From an uncultured Pseudomonadota bacterium (GTDB lineage: Bacteria; Pseudomonadota; Alphaproteobacteria; RF32; CAG-239): DNA of 51,780 bases. The position numbers and the translations under genes were made by a program. The stretch lies in NCBI GenBank assembly GCA_949295475.1, contig CASFLC010000131.1, positions 1 through 51,780 of the forward strand, read 5' to 3'. How positions within the stretch are numbered: the first letter of the stretch is position 1; each line of letters starts with the position of its first letter. The notes beneath the pieces were generated by a model, which made no database searches, was not told the origin of the DNA, and saw nothing but the letters and a program-made list of their open reading frames with translations. Positions 1 to 7,396 of the stretch are shown piece by piece.

Positions 1-249
1 AATAACATGATTGATGGAAATGCAAAGCGTTTTGGGATAGCCGCGGTATCCGAGACAAGCCGGGACGGCGCCGTGGCTGACAATAAATTCCCGGCACAGA
101 TCATCCAATTCACCGGTAGAAACGCCGACCTGCACATAAGGAGTCAGATAATCCAGGCACTCGGCTGCCAGACGGCCGGCCTTGCGCATTTTTTCAAAAT
201 CTTCCTTGTCATCATGAATAACGATGCCGTCTTTTCTTTTATAAGCCAC
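1..249 (-). CDS. map: methionine aminopeptidase type I, N-terminal part (gene runs off the window start)
   Basis: Absent from the ORF track because it has no stop in the window. Reverse-strand translation from GTG at 249-247 gives AYKRKDGIVIHDDKEDFEKMRKAGRLAAECLDYLTPYVQVGVSTGELDDLCREFIVSHGAVPACLGYRGYPKTLCISINHVI, a typical MetAP-I N-terminus. The exact start codon is uncertain. Confidence 0.8.
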   Translation of the reverse strand, partial: MAYKRKDGIVIHDDKEDFEKMRKAGRLAAECLDYLTPYVQVGVSTGELDDLCREFIVSHGAVPACLGYRGYPKTLCISINHVI

Positions 250-265
250 AACAAACCTCGGTTCA

Positions 266-961
266 CTAATAAATTATTTTCATTTTACGGGCTATTGATA
301 CACTTTTTTTATCAAGAATGCAACCATAACAAACAAAATTTAAGCCTTTTTTTGCCTCGTCAAAAATTTTGGCGGCGGCTATCGGATCAAGGTTCCAGCT
401 GAATTTTGCCTCAACGCTGTCCTGTCGGGGCACCAGCATAAAAATACATGTCCGGTGGCCTTCCGCCCGAAGTTTTTCCATCTCTTCAAACATCTCCATT
501 TCAAAAAAATTAATTCCGGCCGGAAAAACCGAATACCCCGCCGTTTTGTTGTAGACATCCTCAATAAAAACAAAACATTTTTCTCCGGCGGCGCTGCTCA
601 GCTCAAAGTCAACATGCTGCAAATGGTCGTCCGGTTCAATTTCGCGGCAGTTTTCATAACGGCCGAAATCTTTAAGCACCCCGTTTTCAAAAGCCTCAAG
701 AAACAATTTGCGGTTGACAGAGGGATTAACAAAAACCAATCCTTCGTCCAAATTCAGATATTCCAGCTCGTACCGTACTTTACGCAAATTTCCGGGCGCG
801 CGACGGACAAAAACTTCGGTTCCGGCTTTGCAAAGCGCCGCGGCTTCCGACGAAGCGCAAAAAACGGCCTCCTGCGAATCGTCATCCAGCCTAACGTCAA
901 TCAGCAGGCTGTTGTAGCAGGAAACCACCCTCCCTTTATAAAGCAAATCCTCAATTATCAA
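266..961 (-). CDS. sfsA: sugar fermentation stimulation protein SfsA family
   Basis: 231-aa ORF. Length and sequence pattern (LYKGRVVS..., FVNPSVNRKL, CIFMLVPRQD) are recalled as SfsA family. Recognised from memory only. Confidence 0.7.
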   Translation of the reverse strand: MIIEDLLYKGRVVSCYNSLLIDVRLDDDSQEAVFCASSEAAALCKAGTEVFVRRAPGNLRKVRYELEYLNLDEGLVFVNPSVNRKLFLEAFENGVLKDFGRYENCREIEPDDHLQHVDFELSSAAGEKCFVFIEDVYNKTAGYSVFPAGINFFEMEMFEEMEKLRAEGHRTCIFMLVPRQDSVEAKFSWNLDPIAAAKIFDEAKKGLNFVCYGCILDKKSVSIARKMKIIY

Positions 962-1144
962 TAAAATTCTCCGTTTATCGGTTTTATTTTATCCGGCTCC
1001 GGCGATTTGGCAAGAAGGATATTTATCTTTTTGATGAAAAAAAGGCGTTAAACGCTGAAATTGAATAAATTTAAACTGGACAGCGGCATAAGTTTGCATT
1101 ATGAATACAGGGTTAATTGTTTTGAGATTTTTGGGATATAAATA

Positions 1145-3820
1145 ATGACAACCACTGTTAAACAAATCAGAAGCACTTTTCTGAATTACTTTGAAAAGCA
1201 CGGGCACAAGGTTGTTCCGTCTTCTTCTTTGGTGCCGGACAATGATCCGACGCTGATGTTTACCAACTCCGGCATGGTTCAGTTTAAGAACATTCTGGCC
1301 GGCAACGAAATCCGCGACTACACCCGCGCCACAACCTCCCAAAAATCAGTACGGGCCGGCGGCAAGCACAACGATCTTGACAGCGTCGGCTACGACGTCC
1401 GTCATCATACTTTCTTTGAAATGCTGGGCAACTTTTCTTTCGGCGACTATTTCAAAGACGACGCCATTTTCTTTGCTTGGGAACTGCTGACCAAAGAGTT
1501 TGACATTCCCAAGGAAAAACTGGCTGTCACCATTTATCATAACGACGACGAAGCCTATAGTATCTGGAAAAAAGTTTCCGGCCTGCCCGACGAACGGATT
1601 ATCCGCATTGCCACCAAAGACAACTTCTGGCAAATGGGCGACACCGGGCCCTGCGGCCCCTGTTCCGAAATCTTTTACGACCACGGTCCCGAAGTCTGGG
1701 GCGGTCTGCCCGGCACGCCGGAGGAAGACGGCGACCGCTGGATTGAAATCTGGAATTTGGTTTTTGACCAGTTTGAAGACCTGCCGGACGGCTCCCGCAT
1801 TCCGCTGAAACGCCCGTCGATTGACACCGGCATGGGGTTGGAGAGAATGTCTGCCATTCTGCAGGGCGTGCACTCCAATTTTGACATTGATATTTTCCGC
1901 CACCTTATCAAAGCGATTGCGGACATTGCCAATTCCGATCCCGAAGGGCCGTTAAAAGCCTCTCACAACGTGATTGCCGACCATCTGCGCTCCACCGCCT
2001 TTTTGATTGCCGACGGCGTTTTGCCTTCCAACGAAGGGCGCGGCTATGTTTTGCGCCGGATTATGCGCCGGGCGATGCGTCACGCCTACATGCTGGGCGT
2101 CAACGAACCGATGATGTACAAGCTCATCCCCACCCTGCAGCAGGAAATGGGCGAGGCCTATCCCGAGCTTTACCGCGCCGGAACGCTGATTACCGACACC
2201 ATCAAGCTGGAAGAGCAGCGCTTTTTGAAAACGCTTTCCAAAGGCATGCACCTGCTGGAGGACGAAATTTCGGCCTCAGGCCTTGGCAATAAGGACAAAT
2301 GGTTTCTTGACGGCGAAAAAGCCTTTAAACTCTATGACACTTATGGTTTTCCGTTGGATCTGACCGAAGATATTCTCCGTCAGAAAGGCTTGTCCGTCGA
2401 TGTGGAAGGATTTAACCGCGCCATGGAGCGCCAAAAGGCCGAAGCGCGCAAAAACTGGGCCGGTTCCGGCGACGCGGGCACCGAAAAAATCTGGTTCGAG
2501 CTGCAAAACAAACTGGCGCCGACCGAATTTCTGGGATATACCACCCTGCGGGCCGACGGACAGATTACCGCGCTGGTTCAAGACGGAAAGGAAGTTTCCG
2601 AGGTCAGCGGCGGTGACTTTTATCTGCTGGCCAATCAGACGCCTTTTTACGGCGAAATGGGCGGCCAGGTCGGCGACAAAGGAATGATTGTCAATGACGC
2701 CTGCGAAATCGAAGTTTCCGACACCAAGAAAAAACTTAACGGCCTCTATGTTCATGTCTGCAAAATGCTCAAAGGCAGCCTTAAGACCGGTGATTTTGCC
2801 AATTTCAGGGTTGATGAAGACAATCGTCACGCCATTGAGGGCAACCATACCGTCACCCACCTGCTCCACAAGGCCCTGCAGCTGAAGTTCGGCAGCAGCG
2901 TCACTCAAAAAGGCTCGCTGGTGGCGGCCGACCGGATGCGCTTTGACATTGCTTATCCCAAGCAAATCAGCGAAGAAGAGCTGCGCGATCTGGAAGATGC
3001 GGTCAACAGGATGATACGCGCCAACTATCCGGTTCACACCGTTTTGATGAGCCATGACGAGGCGATGAACTGCGGCGCCATGGCCTTGTTCGGCGAAAAA
3101 TACGGCGACGAGGTCCGGGTTGTCTGCGTCGGCGACGATGTTTCCAAAGAATTGTGCGGCGGAACGCACGTTAAGCACACCGGCGACATCGGTTATTTCA
3201 ACATTACGTCAGAATCTGCGATTGCAGCGGGGGTTCGCCGTCTGGAATGCGTGACCGGCCATGCCGCCGAAAAATTTACGCAGGACATTGAGGACAAGCT
3301 GCACCGCGTCGGGAATCTTTTAAAATCAAGTTTCAACGACATAGAGGCGCGCGTTAATCAATTACTTGAAGAAAAGAAAAAGCTTGAAGCTCAGGTTTTC
3401 GACCTCAAGAAAAAGCTGGTCAGCAACAAAACCGCCGACAATCAGGACAAAATCGAAACCATCAACGGCATCAAGTTCGTCGGCAAGGTTTTGGAAGATA
3501 TTCCGGCAAAAGAACTGAAAGCTTTTGTTGATGAAATTAAGGAGCAAATCGGTTCCGGCGTCATTGCCCTGTTTTCGGGCAACGAGGGCAAGGCTTCCGT
3601 GGTTATCGGCGTTACCGACGACCTGAAAGACAAAATCTCCGCGGTTGAGCTGATTAAGACCGTGGCTCCGTTTGTCGGCGCCCAGGGCGGCGGCGGCCGT
3701 CCCGACATGGCCCAGACCGGCGGTCCGGACGCAACCCGTCTGGAAGAGGCCTGCGCGGCAATGCGTCAGGAATTAAACATGCGCAATGTTTCAAACATCC
3801 GCGACATTGCAAACATGTAA
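1145..3820 (+). CDS. alaS: alanine--tRNA ligase
   Basis: 891-aa ORF with class II AlaRS signatures: FTNSGMVQFK, GGKHNDLDSVG, editing-site HTVTHLLH and CGGTHV, and a C-terminal DHHA1-like GGGGRPDMAQ. Confidence 0.97.
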   Translation: MTTTVKQIRSTFLNYFEKHGHKVVPSSSLVPDNDPTLMFTNSGMVQFKNILAGNEIRDYTRATTSQKSVRAGGKHNDLDSVGYDVRHHTFFEMLGNFSFGDYFKDDAIFFAWELLTKEFDIPKEKLAVTIYHNDDEAYSIWKKVSGLPDERIIRIATKDNFWQMGDTGPCGPCSEIFYDHGPEVWGGLPGTPEEDGDRWIEIWNLVFDQFEDLPDGSRIPLKRPSIDTGMGLERMSAILQGVHSNFDIDIFRHLIKAIADIANSDPEGPLKASHNVIADHLRSTAFLIADGVLPSNEGRGYVLRRIMRRAMRHAYMLGVNEPMMYKLIPTLQQEMGEAYPELYRAGTLITDTIKLEEQRFLKTLSKGMHLLEDEISASGLGNKDKWFLDGEKAFKLYDTYGFPLDLTEDILRQKGLSVDVEGFNRAMERQKAEARKNWAGSGDAGTEKIWFELQNKLAPTEFLGYTTLRADGQITALVQDGKEVSEVSGGDFYLLANQTPFYGEMGGQVGDKGMIVNDACEIEVSDTKKKLNGLYVHVCKMLKGSLKTGDFANFRVDEDNRHAIEGNHTVTHLLHKALQLKFGSSVTQKGSLVAADRMRFDIAYPKQISEEELRDLEDAVNRMIRANYPVHTVLMSHDEAMNCGAMALFGEKYGDEVRVVCVGDDVSKELCGGTHVKHTGDIGYFNITSESAIAAGVRRLECVTGHAAEKFTQDIEDKLHRVGNLLKSSFNDIEARVNQLLEEKKKLEAQVFDLKKKLVSNKTADNQDKIETINGIKFVGKVLEDIPAKELKAFVDEIKEQIGSGVIALFSGNEGKASVVIGVTDDLKDKISAVELIKTVAPFVGAQGGGGRPDMAQTGGPDATRLEEACAAMRQELNMRNVSNIRDIANM

Positions 3821-3844
3821 GCTAATCCGCGTTCAACAATACTC

Positions 3845-3873
3845 AAAGGCTCCGAACTCGTTTCGGGGCCTTT
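3845..3873. terminator. hairpin between convergent alaS and the DGR RT (bidirectional terminator candidate)
   Basis: aaaggctccgaa / ttcggggccttt arms (one G.U pair) around a 5-nt loop, sitting between two convergent stop codons. Confidence 0.5.
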
Positions 3874-3890
3874 GTCAAAACATCTTCCGC

Positions 3891-5156
3891 TCAAAAGATA
3901 TCGCCGCCCTCTTCCACCGGAATTTTATTGCGCATCAGGCGAAGATATTTAACCCGCGTGGTCCAGTTTTTTTTCAAAACGATTTTTTTGGCACTGCCGT
4001 AAGTGTAAATCAGCTTCCACCAGCGGTCCGAAATGTTTTTCCACAACATTTTGCGGCGGATTTTATAAGTGCTGTAATGCAGCATAAATCCCAGATAAGA
4101 ATTGATGCTGGAAACAAAATGCTCGGCCTGCTCGGCATAAGCGGCATTTTTGGCGGCCACGGCGTTGAACGTTTCAATCTTCCGATACAAATTTCCCTTG
4201 GTGCGGTTGGCAATATAAACGCGCCCCGGCTTAACCACCGCGCCGATAAATTTGACGCCCTTGCTGAAATGCTGCAGATACACTTTGCGCGGATGCAGTC
4301 TCAGCCCGAGTTTTTCGGCAATAAAGCGGCGCAGCTTGTCCTGAATTTTTATCAAAAACTGCTTGTCCGGGTGCACAATCACAAAGTCATCGACATACCG
4401 CCCGTAATATTTGACCTTGAGCTCGTTTTTGACATACTTGTCAAAGGCGTCCATATAAAAGTTGGCAAAAATCTGGGATGACAAATTGCCTATCGGCAGC
4501 CCGTGCAGATTATCCGCCTTAAACAGGCTTTTGGAGGCGGGCAGCCCGTCCCAGTTGCTGCGTTTGCCCTTAATGTTGCAGTTTTGCTGCGGGCAATGAT
4601 AAACGATAATCTTCACCAGGCCGAGAATAACCTCCTTATCCACGGCGTGATAATATCGGCGGATAAACTTCTCCAGCCGCTTATACAGAATATCTTTGTT
4701 TATGCTCATAAAAAAAGACTGGATATCCATTTTGAGAATATAGCAGTCTTTTTGATAATTTTCGGAACACTCGCGGACAAACTCCTCAATCCGCCGCACG
4801 CCGTACATCGTTCCCTTGCCGGCCCGGCAGCTATAGCTGTCGCGGATAAACAGCGCCTCAAACAAAGGCATCAGCTTATTAATCACCAGATGATGCACGA
4901 TACGGTCGCGAAAATCGGCGGCAAAAATCTCTCTTTTGACCGGTTTGTTGACAATAAAAGCGATGGATTTTCCCGGATAATAGGTCTGGTTGTTAATCTG
5001 GCGCCACAGTTCTATCAGGCGATGTTCAAAATCCCCCTCAAACTCCAGAGCGTTAAACGTTTTGCGTTTGTTGCGCCGACAATCGTAATAAGCGGCAAAC
5101 ATTTCCTCCAGCTTTACGGGCTCGGCATAAGAGGTATCAAATAATTCAAGCTGCAT
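3891..5156 (-). CDS. DGR reverse transcriptase
   Basis: ORF 3891..5225 was trimmed to the first ATG (5156) because the GTG-started extension overlaps TR1. RT motifs present: FRDRIVHHL, SYSCRAGKGT, DIQSFFMSI, LPIGNLSSQIFANFYM (DGR-type I/LGxxxSQ motif 4), YGRYVDDFVIV, GVKFIGAVV. Confidence 0.9.
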   Translation of the reverse strand: MQLELFDTSYAEPVKLEEMFAAYYDCRRNKRKTFNALEFEGDFEHRLIELWRQINNQTYYPGKSIAFIVNKPVKREIFAADFRDRIVHHLVINKLMPLFEALFIRDSYSCRAGKGTMYGVRRIEEFVRECSENYQKDCYILKMDIQSFFMSINKDILYKRLEKFIRRYYHAVDKEVILGLVKIIVYHCPQQNCNIKGKRSNWDGLPASKSLFKADNLHGLPIGNLSSQIFANFYMDAFDKYVKNELKVKYYGRYVDDFVIVHPDKQFLIKIQDKLRRFIAEKLGLRLHPRKVYLQHFSKGVKFIGAVVKPGRVYIANRTKGNLYRKIETFNAVAAKNAAYAEQAEHFVSSINSYLGFMLHYSTYKIRRKMLWKNISDRWWKLIYTYGSAKKIVLKKNWTTRVKYLRLMRNKIPVEEGGDIF

Positions 5157-5215
5157 AGCACACCAACAAAGCCAATGACCGGGATTACCCTTTTTGTTCA
5201 ATTTTATTTCCAAGA

Positions 5216-5331
5216 GCGAGGACACAACGAACGCGGTTATTGTTGTTGTTCTTATTGTTGTTGTTCATATCGCCGTCGGACGGTCTCACAACCCACGCGT
5301 TGTTGTTGTTATTGTTCTCGGACGAAGACCA
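5216..5331 (-). repeat. DGR template repeat TR1 (RT-proximal)
   Basis: The coding strand would encode WSSSENNNNNNAWVVRPSDGDMNNNNKNNNNNRVRCVLA. It is collinear with VR 6637-6688, with 7 mismatches, all at TR adenines. Confidence 0.85.
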
Positions 5332-5483
5332 ACCATACAATCCTGACTGCCCGTTTTGGTCTTAACAACCGCGCTTTGCGGCTGTCGGCAGTCCTTTTGA
5401 AAATAAAACATGCTCGCTCCGTACGGCCGTAACCATACGAATTCCGGCAAAAATGCTGCTTTTGTTTAACTTTACTTCCAAGA

Positions 5484-5600
5484 GCGAGGACACAACGAAC
5501 GCGGTTACTGTTATTCTTATTGTTGTTGTTGTTGTTCATGTTGCCGTCGGACGGTCTGACGTTCCAGGCGTTATTGTTATTGTACTCGGACGAAGACCAG
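5484..5600 (-). repeat. DGR template repeat TR2 (avd-proximal)
   Basis: The coding strand would encode WSSSEYNNNNAWNVRPSDGNMNNNNNNKNNSNRVRCVLA. It is collinear with VR 6570-6643, with 13 mismatches, all at TR adenines. Confidence 0.85.
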
Positions 5601-5779
5601 ACGCACAATCCTGACTGCCCGTTTTGGTCTTAACAACCGCCTTCTGCGGCTGTCGGCAGTCCTTTTAAAAGTAAAATATGCTCGCTCCGTACGGCCGTAA
5701 CCGTACGAATTCCGGCAAAACTGTTTTTTGTCGCAGCGTTTCGGACGCTTCTCAAAAAAATAACGGCCGCAGGCGGTTT

Positions 5780-6121
5780 TTATTTGCCCCTGTTTTTCCA
5801 AGCGGTTATCTGCTTGCCGATGCTGTCGGTAATCAGCGCTATCTCGGCCATTTTTTTATACGATAATAATTTGAGGTCCAGGCAGACTCTTATTTGCAGC
5901 TTCAACAGCTCAAAATCATCCAGAAACGCGTCCAGAAATTCCCGTTTGTCCTGATTTTTGTTTGCCCGATACAAGTTGCGAAACAGCGAAAGCGTATCTC
6001 TGCGCATGTCCTGCCCCAAACTGAACTTGTACTCGCGGGAAAACGTATTGGTGACTTTGTAAATCTCCAACAGCAAACGATAACTGTCACGATAAACCGG
6101 TAATTCACTGTATATGGCCAC
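5780..6121 (-). CDS. avd: Avd-like accessory variability determinant (small basic helical protein)
   Basis: 113-aa ORF with a GTG start, in the canonical Avd position between target and TR. It is basic and predicted helical, in the size range of four-helix-bundle Avd / 23S-rRNA-IVS family proteins. Assigned mainly by position. Confidence 0.7.
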   Translation of the reverse strand: MAIYSELPVYRDSYRLLLEIYKVTNTFSREYKFSLGQDMRRDTLSLFRNLYRANKNQDKREFLDAFLDDFELLKLQIRVCLDLKLLSYKKMAEIALITDSIGKQITAWKNRGK

Positions 6122-6164
6122 GCTGCCCGTCCTTTGTTTTTTGGTTTATGGTAATCCCGGCACA

Positions 6165-6223
6165 ATTATACACTGTGCACCCGAAACGTTTATTCTTATA
6201 TAAAATGTTTGTTTAAGTTGCAA
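6165..6223 (-). promoter_or_regulatory. candidate promoters for avd-TR-RT
   Basis: On the minus strand: TTGCAA (6223-6218)-N17-TATAAG (6200-6195), and an extended -10 TGTATAAT (6172-6165) about 40 nt upstream of the avd GTG. Confidence 0.3.
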
Positions 6224-6246
6224 CCCTCTTTCTTAATTTATCCACA

Positions 6247-6404
6247 CCCACACGGTGGGAGCGAAAACTGGCTGCCTAAATAGCCTTTAAGTGGGCGCGC
6301 GATGCTTTTTCGGGACTGCCGTTTCTCCGTGCCTGATGTCTACCACCCAGCGGGTGGAGGCAAGATCTAAGCGGAGGCGGAGGGGATTCCACTTTTCTGC
6401 AGAT
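6247..6404. repeat. conserved element, copy A (unknown function)
   Basis: Hairpin 6247-6259, block 1 6266-6301 (aactggctgcctaaatagcctttaagtgggcgcgcg), hairpin 6343-6357 with loop agc, block 2 6367-6374 (ctaagcgg), block 3 6384-6404 (ggattccacttttctgcagat). Homologous to copy B at 8486-8602. Confidence 0.6.
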
Positions 6405-6468
6405 TTGATGCCGATTGACGGAATAATCTTTAAGCGGCTGCGGTTTGTTTTTTCAAAGCCGCAAAACG

Positions 6469-6496
6469 CCGCCTTCAAGCTAAAGCTTGAAGGCGG
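6469..6496. other. perfect 13-bp-arm inverted repeat
   Basis: ccgccttcaagct aa agcttgaaggcgg, lying between the target stop codon and element A. Confidence 0.6.
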
Positions 6497-6511
6497 AAGG
6501 CAGAAAAAAAT

Positions 6512-6543
6512 TTTACCTCTCGCGGCAAGCCGCGAGAGGTAAA
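6512..6543 (-). terminator. GC-rich hairpin 3' of VR (target-gene terminator and/or DGR target-recognition hairpin)
   Basis: acctctcgcgg caag ccgcgagaggt, extended by 3 A-T pairs. It lies 22 nt past the stop codon and is followed on the minus strand by aaaattttttt. Confidence 0.55.
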
Positions 6544-6562
6544 TAGTTGAAGGGATAAATAG

Positions 6563-7351
6563 TTAAAAAGCGAGGACACAACGAACGCGGTAACTGCCAA
6601 GCTTATTGTAGTTGCTGGCGTACATGCCGCCGCCGGACGGTCTCACAACCCACGCGTAGGTGTAGCTACTGAGCTCGGACGAAGACCAGTAATAAGCATT
6701 TTGAAGTTGCGTCTTCGACAATTTTTGAAGCCCTAAGTTAATAGCCCCATAACTGAAGTTCATCACATACAGCTCTCCGGCTGCCGGTAAATACCACCCG
6801 CTGCTGCCTTTACCGCTTGAGACAGGCTTATAAGTATTACAGTATTCTGCTGCCGGATAGCTATTGCTACTGCTGTAATTTACAATACATGAAGTATTCG
6901 TCGCACCTCTGAAATCTGTTTGTGCTTCTGCCGTACTACTATAATCTGTTAAACACGATAAATTCTCATAACTCGGAGTAGACCATCTCAAAGTCGAGCT
7001 ACTCTCCTCCAACGCCACCGCAAATCTCGTCGAACCGGCAACATAAGCCACTATACCGACCGGGGTCTTGCTCGGAATAACACTGTCCGATACCGTTCCA
7101 TCAGAATACAGAATCGATCCGGGTGCCGCTCCGGCCGCAGAATCTCCCGCCTCCACGCAGAAATATTTGCTGCTGTCAAACGGACAGACCAGACTTTCCA
7201 TGCCGTCGCAATCCGATGCCGATTTCTTATACCCCAATTCCGCACATCTGGTCGAACTCGTACAGTTCTGCGCCAGAACCGGCGTCATCGCCGTGCTGCA
7301 CAGCAGTAATGCCGCTATTACCGTTTTCATCGTCTTTATCCGCTTTCTCAT
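6563..7351 (-). CDS. DGR target: secreted DUF1566 / C-type-lectin-fold-like protein with C-terminal variable region
   Basis: 262 aa. Signal peptide (MKTVIAALLLCSTAMTPVLA), a Cys-rich N-terminal stalk, WYLPAAGEL and YYWSSSE...RVRCVLAF motifs typical of DUF1566-type DGR targets. The last ~40 codons are the VR. Confidence 0.85.
   Translation of the reverse strand: MRKRIKTMKTVIAALLLCSTAMTPVLAQNCTSSTRCAELGYKKSASDCDGMESLVCPFDSSKYFCVEAGDSAAGAAPGSILYSDGTVSDSVIPSKTPVGIVAYVAGSTRFAVALEESSSTLRWSTPSYENLSCLTDYSSTAEAQTDFRGATNTSCIVNYSSSNSYPAAEYCNTYKPVSSGKGSSGWYLPAAGELYVMNFSYGAINLGLQKLSKTQLQNAYYWSSSELSSYTYAWVVRPSGGGMYASNYNKLGSYRVRCVLAF
6570..6689 (-). repeat. DGR variable repeat (VR)
   Basis: 120 nt homologous to TR1/TR2. 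Encodes WSSSELSSYTYAWVVRPSGGGMYASNYNKLGSYRVRCVLA. The adenine-free 22-nt 3' end is identical to both TRs. Confidence 0.9.
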
Positions 7352-7396
7352 CGCTCTTCTCCCTTCTTCTTTAAGTTGACCGATTTCTGCCGCTCG

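Larger units (their letters stand above)
5190..5720 (-). repeat. tandem duplication of the TR unit (unit 1 5190-5453, unit 2 5458-5720, period ~267-268 bp)
   Basis: Each unit is a TR, about 23 nt of conserved 3' flank, and a conserved 5' module of about 120 nt. The units are near-identical outside the TR cores. Confidence 0.9.
3891..7351 (-). mobile_element. diversity-generating retroelement: target(VR)-avd-TR2-TR1-RT
   Basis: DGR-type RT, avd-like ORF and two Asn-codon-rich template repeats are homologous to the 3' end of the upstream target ORF. TR/VR differences are confined to template adenines. Confidence 0.9.

Noticed and set aside
7-402. 131-aa plus-strand ORF at the window start
   Set aside because: It is antisense to the map N-terminus and the sfsA 3' end. 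The minus-strand translations match known families.
5157-5225. 23-codon N-terminal extension of the RT ORF (GTG at 5225)
   Set aside because: The extension overlaps TR1 and its conserved 3' flank and starts at a GTG inside the repeat. The first ATG (5156) gives a normal RT N-terminus.
5209-5600. The short-period tgttgtt-type repeats might be a CRISPR array or a simple microsatellite
   Set aside because: There is no repeat-spacer periodicity. The pattern is codon-phased AAY runs matching the VR of the adjacent gene, i.e. DGR templates.
3891-5720. The RT might belong to a group II intron or a retron; gtacgg-containing hairpins faintly recall intron domain V
   Set aside because: There is no maturase or endonuclease domain, no domain V/VI consensus and no msr/msd-type inverted repeats. 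The TR/VR adenine-specific pattern and DGR motif 4 explain the locus.
5754-5778. Hairpin plus U7 right after the avd stop as a terminator separating avd from the TRs
   Set aside because: The stem is only 3+3 bp around a central mismatch (aaccgcc/ggccguu). That is too weak to call, and it would at most be a leaky attenuator.
5175-5801. ORFs 5175..5432 (+), 5309..5608 (-) and 5577..5801 (-), rich in Asn or Cys/Arg runs
   Set aside because: They are read-throughs of the two template repeats and their flanks. The NNNN runs are the AAY-rich DGR templates, not genes.
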